Below are positions 11,650-24,546 of a stretch of DNA of 34,873 bases, piece after piece. Each line of letters opens with the position of its first letter. The stretch's first letter is position 1. The notes beneath the pieces were generated by a model. It was not told the DNA's origin and searched no databases. It saw nothing but the letters and a program-made list of their open reading frames with translations. This DNA is from Neovahlkampfia damariscottae (lineage: Eukaryota): NCBI GenBank assembly GCA_016618085.1, contig JABLTG010000190.1:1-34873 (forward strand), written 5' to 3'. The position numbers and the translations under genes are program-made.

Positions 11650-11745
11650 CTCTCGGAAAATATAATTCGTGGTGAATGCTATTTGATTGGTTGATTATTG
11701 TTGACTTTATTGGAAAGTAAATAGACGTGAATGATAATTTCTTGA

Positions 11746-12090
11746 TCAATATTTTATTTTTACTTTATGTTTTGAAAGCAAAATAGGTTTTAAAAATTGA
11801 GTGGAGTAAAATTCGCATTCAACTTTATCAAATGTTTTGATTCTTATTGACTTTGAAAAGGAAACTAATTCTTTTTTCCTTCCTTCAATGAATAAATCAT
11901 GCCATAAATCAACACTAATGATATCATTACTTAAATTGTTGATAAAATTTATCCTCAAAAACAAAAACTTTTCAAAATATTCTTGTAAAATAATTTCGAA
12001 TTTCAAATCCTCTTCTGACCTTTTTAGAATTTTCAAATGAATATCTAATGGTTCTTTCATCTCAAAATCATTGTTGTCTGAATTTATCAT
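11746..12090 (-). CDS. Hypothetical protein (114 aa)
   Basis: ATG-start ORF with protein-like composition, CCAATCA box at 12123, head-to-head with the next gene. Confidence 0.5.
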   Translation of the reverse strand: MINSDNNDFEMKEPLDIHLKILKRSEEDLKFEIILQEYFEKFLFLRINFINNLSNDIISVDLWHDLFIEGRKKELVSFSKSIRIKTFDKVECEFYSTQFLKPILLSKHKVKIKY

Positions 12091-12154
12091 TCAAAAGTAT
12101 TTCTTTTCCGGAATTTTGTCCACCAATCACAATACAAAGATAAAATTCTATTGA

Positions 12155-12699
12155 ATGAATTTATTGAACAAGATTCGTTCAACCAACTCTCCAAAACAAA
12201 AGAAAATACTCCCAAGACCTGATTCTTATCGCCCATTTGAGAAGAAAAAAGAAGTAGTAGTAGAAGAAAAGTCAAATGAAACTCCTCTATATCAACTGAG
12301 GACAAAAACAGTAAATAGAACACCCAAAGATCAATTAAGAAAAAAGCAAAAGAATAGGAAAGATAAAAGTGATTATGGTAATGAAAAAACAAAATTAAAT
12401 ATTTTAAAGAAAATCAAATAAATTACCTTGCTCCTCCAAAAGAAAAAAAAAGGAATTCTGTTGATCAAATGCATCCAGTAGATCAATTGGATACTTTATC
12501 ACCATTACAAGTGTCTTTAACAGACTTTAGTATGTCATCACTTGATAAAAAGTCTTTAAAAAAAAGTTTGTCTTTATCAGACTTTTCTTTGATGTCACAA
12601 GATGACTTTGAATTAGATGATCATATTTTAAATAATGAAGACTTTGATAATGTCTTACAATTGGAATTCGAACTTGATAAAATGAAGTTTTTAGAATAA
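12155..12699 (+). CDS. Hypothetical protein (2 exons; basic N-terminus, Ser/acidic C-terminus)
   Basis: ORFs at 12155 and 12469 join in frame via an intron at ~12378-12409 (DY|ENQINYLAPPKEKKRNSVDQMHP). Confidence 0.55.
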
Positions 12700-12778
12700 A
12701 TAAATTTGTTTTGATTGGTCTTTCAATTTGATTTGTCAATTGAGTCGTTTTTATTTTTGAAACCACAAAACAAAAACA

Positions 12779-13573
12779 ATGGAAGAAAGTTATCGTTTAT
12801 GGCGTATAAGAAGAACTGCTATCGAAATGTTGAGAGATAGAGGTTATAATGTTCTTCCAGGTGATCTTTCAATGAAATACGAAAAATTTAAAGATACTTT
12901 TTCTGATAACGTTTCAGGTGGTAATATTTCAAATCAAAAATATACAACTATTTCGTAAAATCATTTTTATTTATTTATTTTATATCAAGACGTGAAAGGT
13001 TAACAACTATGGTTGAAAAAGAAGATGATCCATCTGATACAATAATGGTAATGTTTCCAACATATGAACGTATTGGTTTGAAAGAAATTAAAGCGTAATT
13101 TATATTTATTATTAACTTTTAGAATTCATGAAAAAATGAAGAAATCAAACGTAAAACGTTCAATTTTAGTTCTTCAAGCAGCACAATCTTCTAATCAAAG
13201 AGTTTTAAGTTCACAAGCATCAAGGGTTTGATTTTTATATTTAACCAAATAGGCCATTGATGGTTTTAAAACAAAAGGATACATTATTGAAACTTTTAAA
13301 GAAAGTGAATTATTAATCAATATTACTCAACATTCACTTGTACCAGAACATATACCACTTAATGATGATGAAAAGAAAGCCTTGACACAAAGATAGTATG
13401 ATTTCATATTTTTTTAAAAACCTTTTAGTAAATTAAAAGATACACAACTTCCAAGAATGTTGAGTTCAGATCCAATTTCAAGATATTATGGTTTAGAAAG
13501 AGGAAAAGTTGTCAAAATAATTCGTAGTTCCGAAACTGCAGGTCGTTATGTTACCTACAGAATTGTTTTATAA
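12779..13573 (+). CDS. RPB5: RNA polymerases I/II/III shared subunit RPB5 (4 introns)
   Basis: [80 protein letters not shown]. Confidence 0.97.
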
Positions 13574-13750
13574 TATTTTTTTATAAAAAAATAAAACAAA
13601 TTTTTTTAACCATATAAATGAATTAAAAAACTTTAATTTTTATTTTTAGTCATTTTCTTAAATTTTTTTGAATGTGATTGAAAAATCTTTAAAATGAATT
13701 GATATTATTGGTTAAAATTATAAGAGATTTTCGTAAAAAGAAAAAGAAGA

Positions 13751-14763
13751 ATGAAGGTAAAAGAAATACTTTTGAATTAATAAAAAAACAAAATAAATAG
13801 AAAAAAGAAACAACATTCGGAGAAGGAACTTTTTTAGAATTTGGACACAGTTCTTTTAGAGGTATGAGATATACAATGGAAGACAGACATAATTCAGAAT
13901 GTGATTTTAAATTTGCTTCTGATAAAAAAGGAGCATTTTTTGGTGTTTATGATGGACATGGTGGTGATACTGTTGCTGAATTTCTTTCACAAAATTTAAC
14001 TAAAGAATTAAAAGGAATAGATACAAGTTCAGATGAAGATATTAAAAATAGTTTTATTAAAGTTGATTCACTTGTTGATGAAAATGAAATTGATTGTGGA
14101 ACAACATGTGTTACAACTATGATTCTGAAAGACGAACAAAAAAATGAAATAGAAGTTACTTGTGCAAATACAGGTGATAGTAGATGTGTTCTTTATCAAA
14201 ATGGAAAGATATTACCACTTTCAATTGATCAAAAACCAACTGATAATACTGAAAAAAAAAGAATATTGGAAAGTGGAAATATTGTTTTACTTGGAAGGTT
14301 TGAAATATTTTATAAAATAATAATTTATAAAAAAGAGTAAATGGTTCACTTGCTGTTTCAAGAGCATTTGGTGATTTTAGATATAAAAAATCAAAAGAAG
14401 ATCAAGAGTTAACACCTGATAAATTCGCTGTAACAGTTGTACCAGAAATTCAAAGAGAAACATTCACATTATCTAATGATTCAATCAATTTTTTAGTTTT
14501 AGCATGGTTTGAAAAATATATTTTAAAAAAAAAAAAGTGATGGTGTTTGGGATGTAATGTCAAATGAAGAAGTTTGTCAATATTTTGTTGATGAAATGAA
14601 AAAACAAAAAGAAAAACAAGACTTTAAAAAATATGATTTGGGTTCAATAACAGAAAGTTTACTTACAAGGTATTTTAACAATATTTGACACATTTTTTAA
14701 AGATGTATTGAAGATTTAAGAAGTTCTGATAATTGTACTGTCATCATTGTTTTATTTAAATAA
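13751..14763 (+). CDS. Protein phosphatase 2C (PPM family)
   Basis: RYTMED, GVYDGHGG, GTT, ANTGDSR, R|VNGSLAVSRAFGD, LA-C|DGVWDVMSN and DN motifs across 4 introns. Confidence 0.93.
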
Positions 14764-14854
14764 ATCTTAATTTATTCTTTCTAAAAATTCAAATTTTTTT
14801 AAAAAAAAGAAAAAAAGAAGAAAGAAATATTTTTTCTTCTATTCTACCAAAAAT

Positions 14855-15340
14855 TTATTTTTCATTTTTGAAACTGACTACAGCTTCTTCACCCATTGCT
14901 GCGATAACGCAAACACTCAAATTATCACCGTTATCAAAAGCAGCTCTAAGTTTTTGACCTTCTTCAGATTCTGGGAGTTGGACGTCTGATTTTTCTTCAC
15001 CGTCTTTATCTAATAAAACTAAATATCCATCTTCATCAATATCCATGAGACTAAAATCGATTCTTGTAACATTTGGAGCATTCATGTTGTGTGATGTTGG
15101 GCAGATATCTTCTAATTTCTTTCCAGTAAAAAGATCAATAGCAACAATATTTGCTTTAGCATGACCATGTTTTCCAGTTTTTGAAGTTGAATAATCAATA
15201 ACTTTACAAGGTCTATCTTTGATCACAATATAATCACCCTTTTTAAAAGCTCCAGCCTTAAATATTAGTCAAATTAAATATTCAATTACTTGTTTTGGGT
15301 AAGTTGAAGATGCTCCAGAATCAGTTTCGTGGTCAGACAT
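14855..15340 (-). CDS. eIF5A: Translation factor eIF5A
   Basis: Hypusine loop STSKTGKHGHAK. Exon 1 is MSDHETDSGASSTYPKQ. Confidence 0.97.
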
Positions 15341-15568
15341 TCGTTGTTGTACTGTTTCAAATTGAAAAATTCGATTTTTTCGATTGGTCAATTCTATTTA
15401 AAAAATCTTCCATTGTAACATGATCCAATCAAAATCCATTCATGGTTCAATTTCGAAAAAGAAAGGCAATTTTTTCAGAGAAAAATCTGTTTTTAAAAAA
15501 AATGAATGAAAAATAAAAAAAAATAAAAAAAAAAATTCAACGAATGAAAAACCAGTATTTTTTTTCAA

Positions 15569-18500
15569 ATGAAAAGAACTGAATTCATCATCGGTTCTTC
15601 TTCATCCACAATTCTTAGCAAGTACAGAGAAAATAAATATTTTAATGGTTCATTAATTTTTAGGTATTTATATGAAAAGGATGGAGATGAAGACGACTCA
15701 AAAATTATTATCAGCCACCATAACCAAATTTTATTGAAAGATATTGATAAAATGAGAAAGAAGAAAATGAAAATGCCTTCAATTGAAGATGAAGGTGGAA
15801 AAAATAAATCACAAAAAAAAACAACAAAAAATTTTTCTGAATTGAATGAAGAAGAAAATGAAAATTTAGAAATCAAAAATGAAAAAAGAAAGATTCAAAA
15901 AAATAGTTCAGTCTCAACATCAGTTGGTGAAGATTTAGTGAAAAACAATAGAAAGTTTTATTGGATTCCTGATGAGTCTGCATTGAATTGTTATGATTGT
16001 AGAACACCATTCACAGTATTCATAAGAAAACATCACTGTAGAGTTTGTGGTCAAATATTTTGTTATCAATGCAGTGTAAAACTTATTATTTTAAAAAAAA
16101 ACAAATAGAACTTTGTAGTAGATGGAGAAAGATGGAATTATACTGGTAAAGTTAGATGTTGTTCATATTGTTTCAAATTAACAAAAGGAGAAAAACAAAA
16201 TTTGAATGAAGAAAAATCAAGTCTTTCTAATATGAATTTATCATCATTTTATGAAGCAATAGGTGGTACACATAATCTTTTAAATGAAAGAAATGAAACC
16301 AATCATTATCATGATGATGATGATGATGAAGATGAAGATTCAGTTGAAGGTAATTTAATTTCAACTCTTATACCATTATCTGATGGTGAAGAAGAAGAAG
16401 AAGAAGAAGAAGATAATTTAACAATAGATGAGAAAATTGAAGTTAAAGAAGATATTACATCAAATATTAAAATAATAAAAGAAGAAGAAGAAGAAGAAGA
16501 AATACAAGATGAAAGTCAAATAAAAGCATTTGAATCATTAAAGAATTTACAAGAGAATAGTTGGAATCATTTAAAAAATATAATTAAACAATTTATTGAA
16601 CAAGAAAAGATTGAAAATAAAGAATGGATAAATTTAATATTTCAAACTGTTATTGAAATATCAAAGAATTTTAAATTTCAAGATAAAATGGATATTCGAA
16701 ATTATATTAAAATTAAAAAGATATTAAGAAAAGATAATACACCTGATATTGAATTAATTAATGGTATTACTTTTTCAAAGAATGTTGTATTTAAAAAAAT
16801 GAAATCTAATTTTGATTCACCAATCATATTATTATTAAATTGTCCATTAGAATTTCAAAGAATTGAATCAAAAATAACATCATTAGAAACATTAATTAAA
16901 CAAGAAGAGAGTTATTTAACATTAATGGCATATAAAATTATTGAAAAGAAACCAAATTTAGTTTTAATTGAAAAGAATGCATCACAAATTGTAAAAAATA
17001 TTTTATTTAAAAATGATATATCTTTACTTGTTAATGTACCTCATAAAATATTAAAAAAAATATCAAATTGTACAAACTCAAAAATATTTTCTTCTCTTGA
17101 TGAAATTACAAATTTAAATACAGATTCAAAATGTTCTTATAAAACAAGAATAGATAATAAATCATTATATACTATTGAATCAAATAATTTTAAAGAATTT
17201 ACAATTTTATTAAAAGGAAATAATGAAATTGAATTAAAAAAATTAAAAAAAATTATTAAATTCTCAACTTATACTGCTTATCATTTAAAATTAGAAACTG
17301 AATTCTTTTTTGATGAATCAAGTATTTTTATTAAAAAGGATGGTGATAATATGGGTAGTGATAGTGGTGGTGGTGTGGGTAGTAATGGTGGTGGTGATAT
17401 GGGTTTGAGTGTGGGTTCGAGTAGTAGTTTGGGTTTGTGTTCGGGTTTGGATTTGAATAGTAATGATATGAATGGTAATACAATAGAAAGAAAGAATGAA
17501 AATTTAAAAAACAAAATATTATCTATTAGTTCAAATGTAATATTTGAACATCCAATTGATCCAAATATTAAATTAATTAAAAGTGAAAAGAATAAAATTG
17601 AATCTGAATTAGATTGGAATAAATTATATCCAATTATATTTAATATTCAAAATCATCAAAATATTGTGGTTTTATTTTCAAAATTAATTAAAATTGAAGA
17701 AAATAAATTCAAACAACATGGTGATCCAGAGATTATCATTATAGCATATTATACAGAAGTATAGATAAAATATATATTCTTATTTCTTTTTTTTAGAATG
17801 ATATGTCATTAGGTACTTATTTAGATATTAAATGTTTTAATCAAATGAATTTAAATGAAACATTAAAAACCATTAGAACTTATACTCATAATGTATATAC
17901 ACTTATATTTTTAAATATATTTAAATAGAATAGAAAAGTAACTGTATCTGTTGAAAAATTAAATCAAAATCAAATTAAAAAATTAAAAAAGAAAGGATCA
18001 ATAGAAGAAAAAGATGAAGAAGAAGATGATTTAATATCCATTTGGAATTATTGTAAAATATGTCAAAAGAATGTTACACCATTATATCCATTATCTGATT
18101 CAGCATATCATTATTCATTTGGTAAATTCTTAGAAACATCATTTTATAATCATGATATAATGTGTAGAATTGGTGATTGTAAACATTCTGTACATAGAGA
18201 TCATATTCGTTGTTTTGGATATAAAAATATTGTAATCTAAAATATTATTGGTTGTATTAACTCTATTTTTAGATTGCTAAATTTGAATTTACATTTGTTG
18301 ATGTATATGAAGTATTTATACCATTAATGGAATTTCCATTAAATGAAACCTTTCATAATGATAAATTTAGAATATTAAAAGAACAAACTATACAAAATAC
18401 AAAGAATTTAATTAAAAAGAGATATGAAGATGTTAATTTAAAATTATTTAATGATTTAAAAAATGAATATTTAAATGAATATAATTTAATTAAACAACAA

Positions 18501-20154
18501 TTTGATTCATACATTTTAATTGGTGATGAATTAAATAATGAATTAAATAAAGTTGACTTTAAGAGTTTAAATGATTATATAAAGTAAAAAAAATAAAAAA
18601 TAAAATATTAGAAATGCATATACAATCATTGAATCATGGAATGAATTATTAGATAATATATTTAAAGAAGAAGAAAAAATGAAGAATTTAAAAATAAATA
18701 AGATTATTGTTCAATTTGAAATTGATGAAAAGAATAATTGTATTAAATTAAATTTAAAAGAAAATATACAAAAAAAGAAGAGAACATTATCTCAAATATC
18801 AAATCAATCTACATTTTTATTTGGTAATAATAATGGTGGTGGTATTGGTACTACTACTACTACTGGTACTACTATTGGTATTGGTATTGGTACTGGTACA
18901 AATACAAACAATAATAGTGGTAATAATACAAGTACCAATCCAAGTCCAAATCCAAGTCCAAATTTAAATCTTGGTATTAATTCATTTATTGATTCATGTC
19001 ATCCATATTTACCAAATCCTAATCCAAATTCAACCATACAAACATTAATATTTGATGATGAAATTAGTTCAATTATATCATATACATTACAAACTAATGA
19101 ATATAAATCCTTTTTAAAAAGTGAATTAGATAGTCAATCATTAGAAATGATAATGAAATCAGAAGAAAAATCAGAATTTAAATTAAATTTTAAAGATTTA
19201 ATGAAAGAAAAAGATATACAATTAAAGAGAACAGGACAAGATATTTCATGTACATGTTATTATTCAAAACAATTCTCTGCATTAAGACAATCCTTTAAAA
19301 ATGGTGAAGATCATTATTTAACATCACTTTCAAGATGTAAATCATTTGTACCTACAGGTGGTAAATCAGGTTCATCTTTTATTAAAACATGGGATGATCG
19401 TTTAATTTTAAAACAAATATCAAGAGTTGAATTAAATGCATTTTTAGAAACTGGTACTTCCTATTTTGAATATATGACGAAAATATTATTTCATGAAGTA
19501 AAATTAATATTGAATTCTTTTTTTAATATTTTAAAGTTACCTTCTTTATTAGTTAAAATATTAGGAGTATATAGAATATATTATACTTCAAAAAGTAAAA
19601 GTTATAAATTAGATTTAATTGTAATGGAAAATTTATTTTATTCAAAAAATATATCAAAAACATTTGATTTAAAAGGATCTATTAGAAATAGATATCAAAC
19701 AACAAAAGATGCAGTTCAATTAGATGAGAATTATCTTGAATCATTTTTTGATGGAAATCCATTAATAATTAAAGAACCATCTAAAGCATTAATTACAATG
19801 TCTGTATTTAATGATACATTAATATTATCAAAATTACAAGTAATGGATTATTCTTTATTAGTTGGTGTTGATCAAGAAAATGGTGATTTATTAATTGGTA
19901 TTATTGATTATATTAGACAAGTAATTATACTTTTTTTTATTAACAAAAAAAAGTATACATGGGATAAATCATTAGAAACATGGGTAAAATCAGCAAGTAT
20001 TATGGGAAATAAGACTAAAATACCAACTGTAATTAGTCCAAAAGATTATAAATCAAGATTTAGAGAAGCAATGTCAAGATATTTTATATTAACTCCTGAT
20101 AAATTTACAGGTTTATTAAGAGTTGAAAAATCAAAAAAAGATCAAGGAGAATAA
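15569..20154 (+). CDS. PIKFYVE: PIKfyve/Fab1 phosphatidylinositol-3-phosphate 5-kinase (FYVE, CCT-like, Cys/His region, PIP5K)
   Basis: WIPD...CYDC...[13 protein letters not shown] (FYVE); [16 protein letters not shown] (CCT-like); [41 protein letters not shown]. Exact start codon uncertain. Confidence 0.95.
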
Positions 20155-20162
20155 ATCATTTA

Positions 20163-20904
20163 TTACATAAAATCATCAAAAGTTGAATCAAGATTATCAT
20201 CATCATTATCATCATCATCATTATTTCCATAAATATCATCATTTATAAATGTATTTGATTTCATTTTATCTGATGACATTAAAGTTGAATAATTCTTTAA
20301 TTCTTTTAATTTCTTTCTTTCTTCTAATTTCTTCATTTCTTCTTTTTTTTTATTTATTTCATTCATTTTAATTTTTCTTTTTTCTTCATTTAAATAATTT
20401 TCTAATTCTTTTTTCATATCAATATCTCTTTCTTCTCTTGTTTTTATTAATCTCTTTAAAATATCACTCTTCTTTGTATGAACCATTATATATTTAATAG
20501 TATTTCTATTATGAAATCCAACTTCACCTGTTTCCATATCTCCAGTTTCTATAGAATATTTAATATAATAATCAATACTCTTTAAATTTGAAGCTAAAGT
20601 GTATATAATTCGAATATTATCTTTTTTTCTTCCATCTTTAGATGATTCTTTAGTCATTTGTGCAATATCTTCTAATACATTCTCAGGAATATCATTTATA
20701 GTTTCTCCTTCTTTCAGACGTAAATAATAATGCGCACTAGAATGTTTATCTGCATGAAACCAAACATCAATAGGAAAAGAATATTTAATTAAGGTTTCAT
20801 TTTCAAATTTATCTAATCCACAGTAGACAATATAACTTTATAGAATTCTTTTAAAAAAAAAAAATTGTTAACCTCTCATCACAAGTTGTAAAAAACAAAA
20901 CCAT
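20163..20904 (-). CDS. CCDC25: CCDC25 (NFACT-R domain protein)
   Basis: MVLFFTTCDE|SYIVYCGLDKFENETLIKYSFPIDVWFHADKHSSAHYYLRL, GDMETGEVGFH, and C-terminal DDFM. Confidence 0.92.
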
Positions 20905-20911
20905 TTTTTAA

Positions 20912-20918
20912 CCAATCA
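20912..20918 (+). promoter_or_regulatory. CCAATCA box in the 40-nt bidirectional promoter of CCDC25/PAK1IP1
   Basis: Same heptamer recurs in most 5' intergenic regions of the window. Confidence 0.65.
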
Positions 20919-20944
20919 TTTTCTTCCAAAAATCCAAAACAAAA

Positions 20945-22237
20945 ATGAAAGTAGCAAAAAATTTAAAGAATATCTCAAGTGAAGAGGAAGAAATTCCAAA
21001 GATTCCAAAAAATTTACTTCCTATTTTTGTTACTGGTGGTACAGTAGACTCCACTCTTTGTGGTTGGGTTTATTTTCATGACTTGAATAAAAAAGTTGAA
21101 GACAACATGGAACAAGAAGAAGTAGAAGAAGAAGAAGAAAAGAAACAAAAAGAATTAACACCAATTTTTGCTTCTAAATCACATACAGCTTCAATTAACT
21201 GTTTAGATTCATATGGTAAAATGTGTGCTTCTGGAGGATATGATGAAACTATTTGTATTTATGATATGGTAAAAATGAAATATAATAATTTATATTTAGG
21301 ATACAAGATTACAATCTGGTGTCATTTTAGTTCATGCTGGTTCAATTGAATGTTTAAAAATACAAAGTGGTTCTCATATTTTTATTGGTACAAGTTTAGG
21401 ACAATTTCTTTGTTATACATGTGATAAAAACTTTGATTGTATTATGAAAGTAATAAAATAAAATATTAAAAAAAAATAAAAAACTAGGTTCAAGGACATA
21501 AGTAAAAACTAATTGTTGAATATTAAATATATATTTTAAAAATAGGGGAAGAATACTTTCAATAGCAATTCATCCATCTGGTAAAGCAGGTAAATAATAT
21601 TTATAAATGATTAAACATATTTTAGCTTTGACTGTTGGAGAAGATAGAAAATTAAAACTTTGGAATTTAAGTAATGGATCATGTGATTTTTCGACAACAA
21701 TGAGAAATGTTTGTACTCAAGTTGAATGGTCACCATCAGGAGATAGTTTTTCTTATATTAAACAAAGTGAAGTTAAAGTTTATGATACAGAATCATTGGA
21801 ATTAATTATTACATTAGCTCATGAAAAGAATGTTCTTTGTTTACAATATATAACAGATAATTTAATAATTACTGGTGGTGAAGTAGGAAGAAGAAGAAAA
21901 ATAGTTTTAATTTTTTTTAGAACAAAGCTATTTGTATTTGGGATATTGAAACTGGTGAACTTTTATATAAAATTGAAGATGTTCATACAAATAGAATAAA
22001 AGCTTTGAGCTTTTTAGAAATTGGAATTAATGATTATATCATGACAAGTGCAGACAGGTAAGAAAAAAATATTAAATTAAAAAAAAAAGTGATGGAGGGA
22101 TTGGATTATGGAGAATATTAAATGAAAGTGTGTCTTTAATTGATTTTCAAAATGTTGGTGTTAGATTCACTTCAATAACAATGAATTGTATTGGTTTGAC
22201 CAAAAGACTTAAAAGTTTAAAAAAAAATAAAATATAA
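20945..22237 (+). CDS. PAK1IP1: PAK1IP1/Mak11-like WD40 60S biogenesis factor (multi-exon, including a 14-nt exon)
   Basis: PIFASKSHTASINCL, ASGGYDETICIYDM, GH-K|GRILSIAIHPSGKA-A|LTVGEDRKLKLWNL, VEWSPSG, HTNRIK, and a C-terminal VRFT. Confidence 0.85.
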
Positions 22238-22240
22238 TGT

Positions 22241-22597
22241 TTATTTTCCAAAAGTATTTTCTCCGGAATAAGTAATGTATAAGAAACCATCTTCGTCTTT
22301 TTGCTCTTCGTACAGAGATGACATCAAAGCTGCTGTTGGTGGCAAGACGTTATTTACAAAAATAAAAATGTTAGTGTTTGGATCCACCTTAATTCTACGT
22401 CTGATCACGTAGACAAATTGACCTACGGTAAGGTCTGCTGGTACTAAGTATTTTTTCTTGTCTATATCTGCAATGTTACTTTTTTCTGCTTTCTCACAAA
22501 TAACTGGTATTCTGTCTGGATATTTTGAACGGATTCTTGCTGCTTCAGCTTTTCTTTTGTCGTATGGGTTTGATGGATCGTCTTTGTATTTAACCAT
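22241..22597 (-). CDS. ATG8: Autophagy ubiquitin-like protein ATG8
   Basis: [37 protein letters not shown]. Intronless. Confidence 0.98.
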   Translation of the reverse strand: MVKYKDDPSNPYDKRKAEAARIRSKYPDRIPVICEKAEKSNIADIDKKKYLVPADLTVGQFVYVIRRRIKVDPNTNIFIFVNNVLPPTAALMSSLYEEQKDEDGFLYITYSGENTFGK

Positions 22598-22935
22598 TAC
22601 TTTTGTCGTTCGTTGTTGTAGAATCGAAGTTCTATTCGTTGGTTCGAATTAGTTGATTGGCTAAAAATTAAATACTCTTGATTTAGAAGCTTCGAATTTA
22701 TTTTTAGTGTTTACGGTTGAAATTATCCAATCAATAACCTTTTATGTTCGGAGGAATAATTTGGACAGTGTTTAGAAGATTCAATTGCACATCTTCAAAT
22801 TTAAAATATTCAATTATAAATTTTATTCAACAATACTTCACTTTTCTTGTTTCGAACTTTCTAAAATCTTTCACCATTTTGGTATAACCTCATATGAACT
22901 TTCTTCTGAGAATTAATTACTTCTGATCACTTTTC

Positions 22936-24509
22936 TCATTTATAAAAGATCAATTTTTCAAACATATCACTACCATTCAAATTTTTAATTTCACCAATTC
23001 TATAACCACCTCTTCCAGTTAAATGCCAAGATAATTTATGAGTTCCATCAGCTAAATCAGCACTACCTAATTGAATATTTGATGTATCACTAAAACCAAA
23101 ACTTTGATTTTTCCAATGATACCAAAATACACCATTTTCTAAAATAGATTAAAATAATACTTTTTCAAACCTTCAGTTGTTTCATTATTTACAGTTTGTC
23201 TTAAACAATATTTTGTTCTTCCAAAAGCACATAAACTGTGTAATAATTAAATATATATTTTCATTAGATTTACGCAATTTTATTACTTTTTTTATGTCTT
23301 GCACCAATTAATATTCTATCACCTTTAATTAAATCAAATATTTTTTCATTTGTTTGATGAGAATAAGATACTTGATAACAACAAGTCCAACCTTTTAACA
23401 TTTTTAATGGTATATTTTCTTGAACACCAGATAAATAAAAAAGAGAACCTTCTCTAATTTTAATTCTAATATTATTTTCAAATAAATTTAAATCATTTAA
23501 AGCATGTATTTTATATGCTTCTAATAATAAATTTCTTTCTACTACTTTTGATGATTCAATAAAATCAAATAATTCATGAGAATTTAAAGTTGGAAATCTA
23601 ATAAAAGGTAAAACATCTTTTAAAATAAATTTCATTTCATTTAAATAATTATGATTTGATGTATAATCATATAATAATTCTAATTTATTTTTTAATTCTT
23701 CATTTTTAATTTCATTTTTAAATAATTTTAATTCTTCATTTTTATATTTATTTTTTAATTGATATTTTGCCCATTCAATTACACAAAAAAATAAATCTAA
23801 TTCTTTTAAATTTATATTATCACTTTCTAATAAATCTAATAATATATCTTTTGATATTTCAAAAAATGATGTATTTTGAATTATCATTTCTTTTGCATTT
23901 TTATCAAATTTATTTTTACAATAAAAATATAATTCAGAATATGAATAATATTTTGCTTCTTCTAATACTTTAAATATATTATCTTTATTTATTAATTCTT
24001 TAATCTTTTCAAAACATTTTTTTTTTAATCTTAAAATACTATTTTAGGTTATATATTAGTAATATTGTTATATACTTGAATTTATCAACTAATCTTAATA
24101 CTCCAAATGCATTAGAATTATTTATATTAATCTTTCCACAATATAAATATTCTAACATTACATCAAAATATTCTTCTTTTTCTTCACAAAATATTAATTC
24201 TTTACTATTTGATTCTTTCATTTTTGATAAAAATAATGAATTAAAATATTCACATCTAACTCCTAAGATATTTCTATGTACTTGAAATACTTTTCGATTT
24301 TCACCAACTATAATTTTTAAATCACTTAAAAATCCAGTTTTATATAAGGTTTCAATATCAAGTATTAGATCTGTTGCTAATTCTTCAAATCCATTCATTT
24401 TTTCGGTTTTACTTGACCTTCTTTTTCGATCTTCTTCAATGGGTAATAGTCTATTTCTTTCATCATTGGAGTCTTCTTCTTCTTTGAAAAGGTCAATAAT
24501 TTGGCTCAT
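22936..24509 (-). CDS. BTB/POZ-BACK protein with an uncharacterised C-terminal domain
   Basis: SDLKIIVG...VHRNILGVRCEYF...LEYLYCG (BTB); ELDLFFCVIEWA, IRFPTL (BACK); last exon GVFWYHWKNQSFGFS...KLSWHLTGRGGYRIG...KLIFYK*. Confidence 0.85.
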
Positions 24510-24511
24510 TT

Positions 24512-24538
24512 TGATTGGATTGTTTTGGTTGACCAATA
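24512..24538. promoter_or_regulatory. Two opposed CCAAT boxes in the 37-nt bidirectional promoter of the BTB and Myb-like genes
   Basis: ttgattggat...gaccaataa lies between the ATGs at 24509(-) and 24547(+). Confidence 0.6.
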
Positions 24539-24546
24539 ACATTCAA

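Noticed and set aside
22735..22930. RNase P/MRP-like GAAAGTTCG...CGAAC pairing on the minus strand
   Set aside because: Only 5 bp of pairing, and no recognisable CR-V consensus or P1-P3 helices.
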